NCBI GenBank assembly: GCA_017962275.1
Contig: JAGCVQ010000094.1
Location: 541-64,540, forward strand
Direction: 5' to 3'
Source of the DNA: Bacteroidales bacterium
GTDB lineage: Bacteria; Bacteroidota; Bacteroidia; Bacteroidales; WCHB1-69
Length of the DNA stretch: 64,000 bases
Under the pieces are notes generated by a model that made no database searches, was not told the DNA's origin, and saw only the letters and a list, made by a program, of their open reading frames with translations. How positions within the stretch are numbered: the stretch's first letter is position 1; each line of letters starts with the position of its first letter. The translations under genes and the position numbers were made by a program. Of this stretch, positions 7,954-17,406 are shown piece after piece.

Positions 7954-8826
7954 CAAAACATTTGCCAACTGCTCCTTCAATTTCTCCAGCTCGTCCTTCA
8001 TGCGGACCACAATCTGCTGGATGTCGAAATCGTTGCTTTTGGAGCCGAGGGTGTTGATTTCGCGGCCGCACTCCTGCACGATGAAGCCGAGTTTCTTGCC
8101 GTTGGATTGGTTGTCTTGGAGCGTTTCGAGGAAATAGTCGCAATGTTTGCGCAGACGGACTTTCTCCTCGGTGACGTCCAACTTTTCCAGGTAGAAGAAA
8201 ATCTCCTGTTCGAGGCGGTTGGGGTCGTACTGCACCTTCGGGGCGAGGTCTTTGAGGGAAGTCTCGAACTTCTCGCGAATTTTGACGATGCGCTGCTCCT
8301 CGAACGGGGTCACTTCGTCGATCATATCGCGGATCATCGTGATGCGCTTCACGAAATCCTTCTCCAGCACCTTGCCTTCGGAGATGCGGAACTCGTTAAG
8401 TTGTTTGCAAGCGTCGAGGATGGCGTTGCGAAGTTTCTCCCAAAGCTCGTCGCTGACTTCATCTTGCGGGGTGGAGACCACGTCGGGCATCCGCAGCACG
8501 TGCAGGAAGATGTCGCTCTCCACAGGGTTGCCCACATTCTTGGACAACTCCGTAAGCGTCTGATAATAAGACATCGCCAGTTCCGTATTGATGGCCACGG
8601 AACTGCTGACAGAACGGTTTTCGACCGTAATGGTGAAATCCGCTTTGGCACGCTCCAGCTCCTTGGAGAGAATGGAGCGGATGTCGTTTTCATAATTTTT
8701 GAACAGCAGCGGAATCCGGGTGTTCAAGTCCAACTGTTTGCTGTTCAAGGTGCGGATTTCCACGGTGATGCATTTGCCGTCGGTTTCCAGCACAGTCCGA
8801 CCAAAGCCGGTCATGGATTTAATCAT
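7951..8826 (-). CDS. yicC: YicC-family stress-induced protein
   Basis: It has the N-terminal MIKSMTGFGR and the C-terminal EINTLGSKSND motif. Length is 291 aa. Confidence 0.8.
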   Translation of the reverse strand: MIKSMTGFGRTVLETDGKCITVEIRTLNSKQLDLNTRIPLLFKNYENDIRSILSKELERAKADFTITVENRSVSSSVAINTELAMSYYQTLTELSKNVGNPVESDIFLHVLRMPDVVSTPQDEVSDELWEKLRNAILDACKQLNEFRISEGKVLEKDFVKRITMIRDMIDEVTPFEEQRIVKIREKFETSLKDLAPKVQYDPNRLEQEIFFYLEKLDVTEEKVRLRKHCDYFLETLQDNQSNGKKLGFIVQECGREINTLGSKSNDFDIQQIVVRMKDELEKLKEQLANVL

Positions 8827-8852
8827 AACAAAAAGACTTTATACAGAAAAAA

Positions 8853-8875
8853 GGCAGGTCGCTCTTCGGCCTGCC
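8853..8875 (-). terminator. Intrinsic terminator after the T9SS cargo gene
   Basis: The stem is GGCAGG..CCTGCC, followed by TTTTTT in the minus-strand sense (the A-run at 8846-8852). Confidence 0.6.
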
Positions 8876-8899
8876 TTTTCTGAAATATCGAATACTAAA

Positions 8900-10897
8900 T
8901 TATCTCACGATCAACTTCTGGGTGGAAGTGCCCTTGTTGGATCTGATGTTCACCATGTAAATGCCGGCGGGGAGTTGGTTAACGGGAACGTTCACCATAT
9001 TGTAACCCTCATAGACATTCACATCCATGTTGTAAACAGTCTGACCCATGAGGTTCATCACGCTCAAGATGGCGTTGGCGTTCTCCTCAGAGGAGAAGGT
9101 GATGTTCACAGACTCAGAAGCCGGGTTCGGATACATCTTCATACCGGAGAAGATTCTGTTGGCAACAGCCGTGGAGTCAAGCCACAAGCCTTGGCAAACT
9201 TCGTCGGTATTGTTATAGATACCGATTTCGCTGGCATCGATGGAGAAGAAATAGATGAGAGACTCTCTCTGACACATGCCAACGCTGTTTTCCTTAATTT
9301 CAGAACCAGCGGTATAGTCATTCTGCCAGCTCATGTTGAGTTTTCCATTCACAATGTGGGAAGCCACTGCCGGGAACATATTCTCACTTTCAATCTCCAC
9401 AGCATCACGCATGTCAGCGATCGTGAACGTATCTTCCTCTTGGAGGACAGTCCAACCCCAATCGTTGATGTAGTAGCACTCGTTGTTGTAGGAAAGCCAG
9501 CTGGTAGCGCCAGACCAAGTGTTGCCGTTGTCAGAAGATTTCTGACCGAAGACACCGCGGAAGTAAGCTCCGTTCTCTACATCGAGGAACGGGAAATCCA
9601 AAAGTTGCGTGTAGATCACATAAACATTGCCGCCCTCAGCCACAATTTGAGGAACAGAGACACCAGACACGCCATAGCTCGGCATTTCAGCATTTTCGGC
9701 AAAATAAACATGGCCGTCGCCAGTCAAGTCATTGCGCATGAACACTTGATAACCAGCAGCAAGCAAAGTGTCGGGATCCAAGGTGTTGCGACCAACATTC
9801 AGGATGGGCTGCATGTCCTCGTTCCAATAGACCATACCGCAAACGCCGGGGAAATAGCTGTAAGTTTCATCCGTAAGATCGTCATTCAACAGACGGGTAA
9901 GACCGAAAGCAACGTGAGCTTTACCTTGGTCATCCAAAGCAACCGCACAAGCACCGTCAGCCACATAAGGAGTATCCGTCACGAGAGTGGTGGACTCGTT
10001 ATAACCAGGATAGGGGTGGGCAGCAACGGTCGTTTTGGTGAAATTCACACCGTTGTCGGTAGATTTCCACAAGAAAGCTTCGTGAGAGGTGTTAGCCGTG
10101 AAAATGGCGACAGTGTTGTTTTTAGCAGCGATAGCATAAGCATCACCACTGAAAGCGGAAATCTCAGAAGCGGTCACATTACCCACAATACGCGGGCTCT
10201 CCCAAGAAATAGTGTTGGATGAAGCATCGTAGGTACCGCGATAATAGACCAGGCAGGTCTGGATGCCTTGATAAAGGTAACCGGCATCAGACTCGGTGCA
10301 AGCGATCAAGTGAACAACATTGCCGGAAGAAGCAAGCTGGGGCCACAAGAGGCAAGTGCTGGTGCTGGTGCCGTTGCTGACAGCGGGGCCTTGGAGAGTG
10401 GTTTGAGTCCAGTTGTTCGTACCCTTTTGCGGACAAATGTTGATAAGGAGGGCGTCGTTACCGTTGTGAGCGGCCACGATTTCGGCATCGCCGACGCAGG
10501 TCAACGTACCCCAACCGCAACGAGCGTTCTCAATACGAGCGGTGCTGGAGGCATCGTTAATCCAGCTGGTACCATTGAAATAGTTGTAACCGGTACCACG
10601 AGAGGAAGAAGTAGAACCATTGGTAGTCCAAACTGAGGAGATGGTACCATCGTTGTGAGCGACCATCTTCGGGGCCATAGAACCATTGGTTTGGAGGTCA
10701 TAATAGGTCGTGCCGATATAGTTGCGGCTCGTGGCACGCATCATCGGGATGACATTTGCGGGCTCAGCGGTCTCACGACCCGTGATGGTTTTCTTCACCA
10801 TCGGCACATTCTTGGCATCGGTGGTTCTCACCACGCCTTGTGCGAACACTGCACTAACTAAAAAGAGCGCAGAAACAGCAAGTAAAATTTTTTTCAT
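8900..10897 (-). CDS. Secreted protein with a T9SS C-terminal sorting domain; function unknown
   Basis: It has the signal peptide MKKILLAVSALFLVSAVFAQ. The C-terminus MYPNPASESVNITF...GIYMVNIRSNKGTSTQKLIVR looks like a T9SS CTD. Confidence 0.55.
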   Translation of the reverse strand: MKKILLAVSALFLVSAVFAQGVVRTTDAKNVPMVKKTITGRETAEPANVIPMMRATSRNYIGTTYYDLQTNGSMAPKMVAHNDGTISSVWTTNGSTSSSRGTGYNYFNGTSWINDASSTARIENARCGWGTLTCVGDAEIVAAHNGNDALLINICPQKGTNNWTQTTLQGPAVSNGTSTSTCLLWPQLASSGNVVHLIACTESDAGYLYQGIQTCLVYYRGTYDASSNTISWESPRIVGNVTASEISAFSGDAYAIAAKNNTVAIFTANTSHEAFLWKSTDNGVNFTKTTVAAHPYPGYNESTTLVTDTPYVADGACAVALDDQGKAHVAFGLTRLLNDDLTDETYSYFPGVCGMVYWNEDMQPILNVGRNTLDPDTLLAAGYQVFMRNDLTGDGHVYFAENAEMPSYGVSGVSVPQIVAEGGNVYVIYTQLLDFPFLDVENGAYFRGVFGQKSSDNGNTWSGATSWLSYNNECYYINDWGWTVLQEEDTFTIADMRDAVEIESENMFPAVASHIVNGKLNMSWQNDYTAGSEIKENSVGMCQRESLIYFFSIDASEIGIYNNTDEVCQGLWLDSTAVANRIFSGMKMYPNPASESVNITFSSEENANAILSVMNLMGQTVYNMDVNVYEGYNMVNVPVNQLPAGIYMVNIRSNKGTSTQKLIVR

Positions 10898-10938
10898 AAA
10901 TATTGAATTTTAATTTGTTAATGAATTTTAAATACAAA

Positions 10939-10970
10939 TTCAGGGCAATGACGATGCATCGCCCTGAATG
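10939..10970 (-). terminator. Hairpin after exbD
   Basis: The structure is ATTCAGGGC-N14-GCCCTGAAT, followed by a T-rich run in the minus-strand sense. Confidence 0.5.
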
Positions 10971-10984
10971 ATATTGTTACACTA

Positions 10985-11473
10985 TTAGTTCTTCTCCACC
11001 TTCTTACCGGCTGCGTAGTTGATTTTCAACGCGTTGTTGGCACGCAGCTCCTGTTTGATGGTGTTCACGTAGCGCATCTGCACATCCTTATCGACTTTCA
11101 ACGAGAAGGTCAGACGGTCTCTGTCTTGTGCATCGCGGGATTCTTTCTCAGTACCGATGAAGTCACGCACGTCTCTTTTCAAATCCTCAGCCTTGATGGT
11201 CTGGTCATTGAGCTGCACGGAGACTTCTCCGGGGGGAAGGGTGTTCTCATTCTTAGCGATAGGGGCACCGATATAGATATTGGCAACCAGCGACTTTTTC
11301 TCCAGTTTCTGGATTTCGGTAGCTTGCGGCGGCTGGAAATGAACCTTCAAGGACGCCTCACGCATGGTGGTGATCACCATGAAGAAGAACAGGAACATGA
11401 AGATGATGTCGGACATGGAACCCATGTTGAGCTCCGGGGTCTCTTTTTTTCCTTCTTTTCTGAATCTTGACAT
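10985..11473 (-). CDS. exbD: ExbD/TolR-family biopolymer transport protein
   Basis: It has a single N-terminal TM helix (MSDIIFMFLFFFMVITT). Size and gene context also fit. Confidence 0.75.
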   Translation of the reverse strand: MSRFRKEGKKETPELNMGSMSDIIFMFLFFFMVITTMREASLKVHFQPPQATEIQKLEKKSLVANIYIGAPIAKNENTLPPGEVSVQLNDQTIKAEDLKRDVRDFIGTEKESRDAQDRDRLTFSLKVDKDVQMRYVNTIKQELRANNALKINYAAGKKVEKN

Positions 11474-11491
11474 AATCTTGCGTTTTAAAGG

Positions 11492-12076
11492 TTATTTGCC
11501 GGGGTTGCTATAGTCGATAGGCGGAGCCTCGGAGATGCTCATGGGGATAGCGGCGGAGACAGCGCGTTGTGCGGCGGAGTCAAGACCGTCGAATTTCTTG
11601 CCGAAGTAGAGCAGGGCGGTCTCGTCGCGCAACTCGTTCACGGCACGTTGCAGCTCGTTCTGCACCTGCACGTACATGTTGTAGCTCGTACCTTGGTCGT
11701 TGGTCAGCGACACCACGCCCTTGGAGACCTGGAAATCGCCGATACCGTCGATGGGTTTGCTCACCTTCTCCGGCAGGGAGGGGTCGTTATTGGGGTTCGC
11801 GAAGAACTCCTTTGCTTTGGCCTTCAGGTCGCTCACCAGGATTTCCTCACCGTTGACGGAGATTTCGTCACGGAAGTTCACCAGCACGTTCAGCACATTA
11901 CGCTTGTTGATATCCACCTTCAGATCCTTGGCGTCTTCCTTCTTTGGGGGCGGAAGCTTTCTCGGAATACCCTGCTCCGTGTTGATGGAGGAGGTCAGCA
12001 GGAAGAAGGTCAACAGCAGAAATGAGATATCTGACATTGCGCCTGTATTCAAGCCGGGTGTTTTTCTTTTGCTCAT
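11492..12076 (-). CDS. exbD: ExbD/TolR-family biopolymer transport protein (second copy)
   Basis: It has an N-terminal TM helix (MSDISFLLLTFFLLTSS) and sits next to another exbD. Confidence 0.75.
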   Translation of the reverse strand: MSKRKTPGLNTGAMSDISFLLLTFFLLTSSINTEQGIPRKLPPPKKEDAKDLKVDINKRNVLNVLVNFRDEISVNGEEILVSDLKAKAKEFFANPNNDPSLPEKVSKPIDGIGDFQVSKGVVSLTNDQGTSYNMYVQVQNELQRAVNELRDETALLYFGKKFDGLDSAAQRAVSAAIPMSISEAPPIDYSNPGK

Positions 12077-13026
12077 TATCTTCTGTTTTTAACGGCGTTC
12101 ATAATCATGGATGCAATGATCGAGAAAATTGCACCGAACAAACACACATAGACCGTGAACACGGCGGCGTTCACCATCTTGTAGCCTGAGCCTGTCATGC
12201 CGGCCTTGATAGCCGAGGGGCTGAGGGTGGGCGTACCCACGAGGTAACCGATGAAGAAGGCCAAAATCAGCAGAACCACACCCACGAGGATCTTGTAGGA
12301 GGTCTTGAAATTGGTAATCATGTTGGTCAACAAGAAGAACACCATGAGAGCGGCAGCACCGATCAGGAGGATGTAGGTCAGAATGATGAAGAAGTTCTGC
12401 AGAGAAGCGCTCTTGCCGAAGCTCTTCAGGTCATTCTGGAAATTACCGAACTCAGCCTCTTTCTTGCTGGCAGAAGCAGTGGTGTTGATTCCGTCGGCAC
12501 GGCCGATGAGGGCGTTGGCGGATTTGATGTAGTTACGCTCCACCAGATACTGTTGTTTCAGATCGGTGTAGTCATTGTTCACCTCTTCCACATAACCTTC
12601 AAGATCCTTATAGGTTTGCACTTTGTTGAAGCCGTCCACATATTTCTGCTTGTTCTCGCTCTTGGCGAACAAACCGGCAGCGCGTTCGGGGAAATTGGCT
12701 TTATAGGTGTCGAAGCTGTTCTCGTCCAGGTTTTTCAGATCCTGCAGATAGGTGTAGAGGATATCCTTCTCCATCTGGACGGTCTTAAGGTTGTTGTTAC
12801 GTTCCGCGGTCTCCTTCTGATATTTTTCAATCACGGAGGGGAGAGTCTCCAAAGTAGCTGTCTCGAAATCAGCCACCATCTCGGGTGTCTGAGCCTTCAC
12901 CTCCTGCGTCTGGATATAGTTCTCTTTTTTATCCGCATCGAAGGAGAAGAAAGAGAAAGCAATAGCCACCAGACACGCCAGGATTGCGACAGCAAATATG
13001 ACGATTGTGATAATTCTATTCTTCAT
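12076..13026 (-). CDS. Hypothetical membrane protein of the ExbB/ExbD cluster
   Basis: It has an N-terminal TM helix, a coiled-coil-like middle and three C-terminal TM helices. Its stop overlaps the exbD start as TAATG. Confidence 0.4.
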   Translation of the reverse strand: MKNRIITIVIFAVAILACLVAIAFSFFSFDADKKENYIQTQEVKAQTPEMVADFETATLETLPSVIEKYQKETAERNNNLKTVQMEKDILYTYLQDLKNLDENSFDTYKANFPERAAGLFAKSENKQKYVDGFNKVQTYKDLEGYVEEVNNDYTDLKQQYLVERNYIKSANALIGRADGINTTASASKKEAEFGNFQNDLKSFGKSASLQNFFIILTYILLIGAAALMVFFLLTNMITNFKTSYKILVGVVLLILAFFIGYLVGTPTLSPSAIKAGMTGSGYKMVNAAVFTVYVCLFGAIFSIIASMIMNAVKNRR

Positions 13027-13082
13027 TATACAACGTATTAAAAATTATTGTATATATATATTATACCGGAACGTATTCCTTA

Positions 13083-13907
13083 TTATTTGTTTTTGTATTT
13101 CACCAGGATGTCCATGAAGGAGATGGTGGCATCTTCCATGTCATTGACGATGGCGTCGATACGGGTGAGGAGGTAGTTGTAGAACACTTGGAGGATCATG
13201 GCGGTGATCAAACCGAACACGGTGGTCAACAAAGCCACTTTCATACCGCCGGCGACGATGGTCGGGGAGATATCACCTGCGCGCTCGATATCATCGAATG
13301 CCTGGACCATACCGATGACCGTTCCCAAGAATCCCAAGGACGGGGCGAGGGCGATGAACAGGCTGATCCAAGTCATGTTGTTCTCCAGCTTGGCCATTTG
13401 GACGGCGCCGTAAGAGGTGAGGGATTTCTCCACAGACTCGAGACCTTCGTCATAGCGGTCGAGGCCTTGGAAGAAGACAGCGGCGAGGGGGCCCTTGGTA
13501 TCGCGGCAGAGCTCCTTGGCAGCGTCCACGCCTTTGGTGTTGAGGGTATTTTCAACCTTGTCGAGCAGTTTCTTGGAATTCACTGAGGAGAGGTTGAGAT
13601 AGAATATACGTTCGATGACGAATGCAAGACCGAGGATCAAGCAGATCAACACGGGGGTCATCCACACAGCGCCACCCTGGATGAATTTGTCTTTCAACGT
13701 GTAGTGCAAGCTTTGGTTGATGGAGTCATCAGGATCCTCCGACAGCTCAGCCTGAGCGGTGGCGGCGGGAGCCTCAGCCACTTCCTCTGCAGCCTGCTCG
13801 GTGGCGGCAGGTTCGGCAGATTTTTGGTCTTTCTGCGCAAAAGCAGTGTTGGCAATACCGAAGGTCAAGAAACCGAAAACGGTAAGTAAGGCGATAAGCT
13901 TTTTCAT
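13083..13907 (-). CDS. exbB: MotA/TolQ/ExbB proton-channel family protein
   Basis: It has a signal peptide, an acidic low-complexity linker and a C-terminal three-TM region (LAPSLGFLGTVIGMVQAF). Confidence 0.8.
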   Translation of the reverse strand: MKKLIALLTVFGFLTFGIANTAFAQKDQKSAEPAATEQAAEEVAEAPAATAQAELSEDPDDSINQSLHYTLKDKFIQGGAVWMTPVLICLILGLAFVIERIFYLNLSSVNSKKLLDKVENTLNTKGVDAAKELCRDTKGPLAAVFFQGLDRYDEGLESVEKSLTSYGAVQMAKLENNMTWISLFIALAPSLGFLGTVIGMVQAFDDIERAGDISPTIVAGGMKVALLTTVFGLITAMILQVFYNYLLTRIDAIVNDMEDATISFMDILVKYKNK

Positions 13908-13973
13908 AATTGATTTTGATTTGTTGAAATTAAATTATTATTACTTTACTGATTTTCAAACTATTACGTTCAG

Positions 13974-14061
13974 CGGAGAGAATGGGATTCGAACCCATGA
14001 AGCGCTTTTGGCGCTTACGCGCTCTCCAGGCGCGCGCCTTCGACCACTCGGCCATCTCTCC
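13974..14061 (-). tRNA. tRNA-Ser (anticodon GGA)
   Basis: I folded it by hand. The acceptor is GGAGAGA/TCTCTCC, the anticodon loop is CTGGAGA, there is a long variable arm, and the T-arm is ATGGG-TTCGAAT-CCCAT. Length is 88 nt. Confidence 0.9.
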
Positions 14062-14076
14062 TTCAAAAATCGGCTG

Positions 14077-14084
14077 TAAAAATA
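14077..14084 (-). promoter_or_regulatory. Promoter-like box TATTTTTA (a variant of TAnnTTTG) for tRNA-Ser
   Basis: It lies 15 nt upstream of the tRNA 5' end. This spacing matches the other tRNA promoters in the window. Confidence 0.35.
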
Positions 14085-14109
14085 CACTTTTTTTCAATCG
14101 CCACAACAC

Positions 14110-14138
14110 TTCCGACAAAAAAAATTTCATCGTCGGAA
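14110..14138. promoter_or_regulatory. 7-bp inverted repeat TTCCGAC-N15-GTCGGAA upstream of the serC promoter
   Basis: The repeat is perfect and lies 27-55 nt upstream of the TATCTTTG box. It shares the GTCGGAA core with the 2537-2685 repeats. Confidence 0.3.
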
Positions 14139-14164
14139 AATTGACTGAACGACAGCAAATTTTG

Positions 14165-14172
14165 TATCTTTG
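14165..14172 (+). promoter_or_regulatory. -7 promoter box TATCTTTG (serC)
   Basis: It matches TAnnTTTG and lies 57 nt before the ATG. Confidence 0.5.
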
Positions 14173-14229
14173 CCGCACTATATTTTGTATTTATCACCTT
14201 TCATAAAATTATAACGTATCTTATTAGTT

Positions 14230-15348
14230 ATGAGCGAAGTACACAATTTTAACGCAGGACCTTGCGTCCTCCCGAAAGAGGCTGTTGAATCCACCATCAA
14301 CGCCATCCGCAACTTTGACAACACCGGCATCGGTCTGATGGAGATCTCCCACCGCACCCCGGGTTGGGAAAGACTTATGGCTGAAACCCGCCAACTTTGG
14401 CGCGATTTGCTCAACATCCCCGACAACTACGAGGTCCTCTTCCTCGGCGGCGGTGCCAGCACCCAGTTCTTCATGGTGCCCGCCAACCTGATGAAGACCA
14501 AGGCCGCCTACCTCCAGACCGGCGTCTGGGCCAAGAAGGCCGCCAAGGAAGCCAAGAACTTCGGCAAAACCGAAATCGTCGCTTCTTCCGAGGACAAAAC
14601 CTACAACTACATCCCCAAAGGATGGACCGTCCCCGCTGACGCCGACTATTTCCACATCACCACCAACAACACCATCTACGGCACCGAAATCCGCAAGGAC
14701 TTCACCGCAGAAGAGTGCAACAATGTCATGCTCGTCGCCGATATGAGCTCCGACATCATGAGCCGTCCCGTCGATGTGACCAAATACGGCCTCATCTACG
14801 GCGGTGCCCAGAAGAACGTCGGTCCTGCCGGTGTCACTTTCGTCATCGTGCGCAAGGACATCCTCGGCCAGATCGGTGACCGCGCCTACATGAACCCACT
14901 GCCCACCATGATCGACTACCGCACCCACGCCGCTGAGGAAGCCAAGAACATCTCCATGTTCAACACGCCCCCCGTGCTCCCCATCTTCGTGATGCACGAA
15001 ACCCTCACCTGGCTGAAGAACACCATCGGCGGTGTCGCTGAAATGAACAAGATCAACATGAAGAAATCCAACCTGCTGTACGAAGAAATCGACCGCAACA
15101 GCATGTTCGTGGGCACCGTCGCCGACAAGGCCGACCGTTCCATCATGAACCACTGCTGGGTGATGGCCCCCGGTTACGAAGACAAGCAGGATGCCTTCAT
15201 GGCTTTCGCCAAAGAACGCGGCATGGTCGGCATCAAGGGCCACCGTTCCGTGGGCGGTTTCCGCGCCTCCCTCTACAACGCTTGCACCGTCGAGGACGTC
15301 GAAGCTCTCGTGGCTTGCATGCAAGACTTCGAAAAAGCAAACAAATAA
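14230..15348 (+). CDS. serC: Phosphoserine aminotransferase
   Basis: It begins MSEVHNFNAGPCVLPKEAV and has a class-V aminotransferase layout. It is adjacent to serA. Confidence 0.9.
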   Translation: MSEVHNFNAGPCVLPKEAVESTINAIRNFDNTGIGLMEISHRTPGWERLMAETRQLWRDLLNIPDNYEVLFLGGGASTQFFMVPANLMKTKAAYLQTGVWAKKAAKEAKNFGKTEIVASSEDKTYNYIPKGWTVPADADYFHITTNNTIYGTEIRKDFTAEECNNVMLVADMSSDIMSRPVDVTKYGLIYGGAQKNVGPAGVTFVIVRKDILGQIGDRAYMNPLPTMIDYRTHAAEEAKNISMFNTPPVLPIFVMHETLTWLKNTIGGVAEMNKINMKKSNLLYEEIDRNSMFVGTVADKADRSIMNHCWVMAPGYEDKQDAFMAFAKERGMVGIKGHRSVGGFRASLYNACTVEDVEALVACMQDFEKANK

Positions 15349-15349
15349 A

Positions 15350-15377
15350 CCCTAAACTCTAAACCCTAAACTAATTA
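15350..15377. repeat. 7-nt word array (ccctaaa family)
   Basis: The units read ccctaaa ctctaaa ccctaaa ctaatta. The array fills the whole serC-serA spacer. Confidence 0.75.
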
Positions 15378-16294
15378 TGAAAGTTTTAGTTGCTACCCAA
15401 AAACCTTTCGCGAAAGCCGCTGTGGATGGCATTCGCGCCATCGTGGAAAAAGCCGGCTATGAATTGGTTCTGCTGGAAAAGTATGAGACTCCCGAGGAAC
15501 TGTACGCCGCTGTGGCGGATGTGGATGCCATGATTGTCCGTTCCGACAAGGTGACGGCCCAAGTGGTGGACGCTGCCAAGAACCTCAAGGTGGTGGTTCG
15601 CGCCGGCGCCGGTTTCGACAACCTCGATCTCGCTGCCTGCACCGCCAACAACATCGTGGCGATGAACACCCCCGGCCAAAACTCCAACGCCGTGGCTGAA
15701 CTGGCCCTCGGCATGATGATCTACATGGCCCGCAACACCTTCAAACCCGGCACCGGTGCTGAGCTGAAAGGCAAGAAAGTCGGTATCCAGGCTTACGGTA
15801 ACGTCGGTCGCCTCGTGGCTGAGAAGGCCCGCGCCCTCGGCATGGATGTCTGGGCTTTCGACCCGTTTGTCCCGAAAGAGAAAATGGAGGCTGAAGGCGT
15901 TGTCGTTCCCGCCACCCTCGAAGATATGTATAAGAATTGTAACTACATTTCCCTGCATATCCCGGCCAACGACCAGACCAAAAAGTCCATCAACAAGGCC
16001 TTGGTCGGCCTCATGCCGAAAGGCGGCTGCGTGATCAACACCGCCCGCAAGGAGGTCATCAACGAGGAAGAACTCATCGCCCTGATGACGGAGCGCGAAG
16101 ACCTCAAATACTGCACCGACATCGCCCCCGATGCTCTTGACGAGTTCAACAAATTCGAGAAACGCTTCTTCGCCACGCCGAAGAAACAGGGTGCCGAGAC
16201 TGCCGAGGCCAACATCAACGCAGGTCTTGCCGCCGCCACCCAAATCGTGAACTTCTTCGTCAACGGTGACAAAAAGTTCCAAGTGAACAAATAA
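15377..16294 (+). CDS. serA: D-3-phosphoglycerate dehydrogenase / D-2-hydroxyacid dehydrogenase
   Basis: It has the NAD-binding motif GIQAYGNVGRLVA, is 305 aa long, and follows serC. Confidence 0.8.
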   Translation: MKVLVATQKPFAKAAVDGIRAIVEKAGYELVLLEKYETPEELYAAVADVDAMIVRSDKVTAQVVDAAKNLKVVVRAGAGFDNLDLAACTANNIVAMNTPGQNSNAVAELALGMMIYMARNTFKPGTGAELKGKKVGIQAYGNVGRLVAEKARALGMDVWAFDPFVPKEKMEAEGVVVPATLEDMYKNCNYISLHIPANDQTKKSINKALVGLMPKGGCVINTARKEVINEEELIALMTEREDLKYCTDIAPDALDEFNKFEKRFFATPKKQGAETAEANINAGLAAATQIVNFFVNGDKKFQVNK

Positions 16295-16316
16295 TAGGAA
16301 TTTTTTTCCGATTTCC

Positions 16317-16346
16317 TGTAGAGACGCACGGCCGTGCGTCTCTACA
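16317..16346. terminator. 30-bp perfect palindrome TGTAGAGACGC-ACGGCCGT-GCGTCTCTACA followed by a T-run
   Basis: It lies 22 nt after the serA stop and is followed by TTTTTTTT. It is one of three palindromes that share the same arms. Confidence 0.75.
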
Positions 16347-16353
16347 TTTTTTT

Positions 16354-16361
16354 TATCTTTG
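16354..16361 (+). promoter_or_regulatory. -7 promoter box TATCTTTG (pdxA)
   Basis: It lies 19 nt before ATG 16381. Confidence 0.5.
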
Positions 16362-16380
16362 CGACCTTAAAAATAGAACT

Positions 16381-17406
16381 ATGGCTGAGAATAAGAATTT
16401 TGTAATAGGCATCACGCAAGGCGACATCAACGGCATCGGCTACGAAGTGATTATCAAGTCGTTGAGCGACAACAGAATCATGGAAATGTGCACCCCCGTG
16501 GTTTACGGACTCTCGAAAGTGGCATCTTACCATAAAAAATATATGGAGATGCCGGACTTCACGTTCCAGTACACCAAAACGGCGGAACAGCTCTCCACCA
16601 AACGTCCCAACCTCATCAACCTCTATGAAGAGGAGGTGAAGATCGACCTCGGTACCTCCACGAAAATCGCCGGCCAGATGGCGGAACGTTCCCTCTACGC
16701 GGCCGGCCGCGACCTGAAAAACAAGCTGATCGACGCCATCGTGACCGCGCCTGTCAACAAAAACAACATCCAGTCCGAAAAATTCAAATTCCCCGGGCAC
16801 ACCGCTTTCTTCGAACACTATTTCGGCGGCAAGGAGTTTCCGGCGCTGATGCTGATGGTGGCCGAGAACCTGCGTGTCGGGTTCGCTACCAACTACATGC
16901 CCGTCAAAGAAGTGGCCGGGAACCTCACCACGGAGGCCCTCGTCCAGAAGCTGGAAATCCTCAACCGTTCGCTCAAGCAGGACTTCGCCCTCAACAACCC
17001 GAAAATCGCTGTGCTGTCTTTCAACCCGCACAACGGCGACGACGGCATCTTAGGGGATGAGGATCAGAAAATCGTGCAACCGGCTGTGGCACAAGCTTTC
17101 CACAACGGCATCAACGCCTTCGGTCCCTTCTCCGCCGACGGTTTCTTCGCCTCCGGTGCCTACACGAAATTCGACGCCGTGCTGGCCATGTACTACGACC
17201 AAGGCATGATTCCGTTCAAGCTGCTCGGCAAAAACGGCGTGAACTTCACCGCCGGACTTCCCATCGTGCGCACCGCCCCCGCCCACGGCACCGCCTACGA
17301 CATCGCAGGCAAAAACATCGCCGACCCGCAGTCCATGCGCAACGCCATCTACCTCGCGATTGACATCCTCCGTAATAGGCAACAGGCATCAGGCATCAGG
17401 CAATAG
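16381..17406 (+). CDS. pdxA: 4-hydroxythreonine-4-phosphate dehydrogenase
   Basis: It carries ITQGDINGIGYEVIIK and RTAPAHGTAYDIAGK. The last 11 codons (RNRQQASGIRQ) are encoded by a heptamer array. Confidence 0.9.
   Translation: MAENKNFVIGITQGDINGIGYEVIIKSLSDNRIMEMCTPVVYGLSKVASYHKKYMEMPDFTFQYTKTAEQLSTKRPNLINLYEEEVKIDLGTSTKIAGQMAERSLYAAGRDLKNKLIDAIVTAPVNKNNIQSEKFKFPGHTAFFEHYFGGKEFPALMLMVAENLRVGFATNYMPVKEVAGNLTTEALVQKLEILNRSLKQDFALNNPKIAVLSFNPHNGDDGILGDEDQKIVQPAVAQAFHNGINAFGPFSADGFFASGAYTKFDAVLAMYYDQGMIPFKLLGKNGVNFTAGLPIVRTAPAHGTAYDIAGKNIADPQSMRNAIYLAIDILRNRQQASGIRQ

Noticed and set aside
14224-15324. A 366-aa ORF antisense to serC. Similar long antisense ORFs occur at 6515-7543, 8699-10222, 19610-20980, 37722-38729, 56986-58119, 58235-59410 and 61853-62926.
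   Set aside because: Each lies exactly opposite a well-supported gene. Their translations are low-complexity and rich in G, V, H, D and R, with no motifs. They are the expected stop-poor shadow frames of GC3-rich coding sequence.
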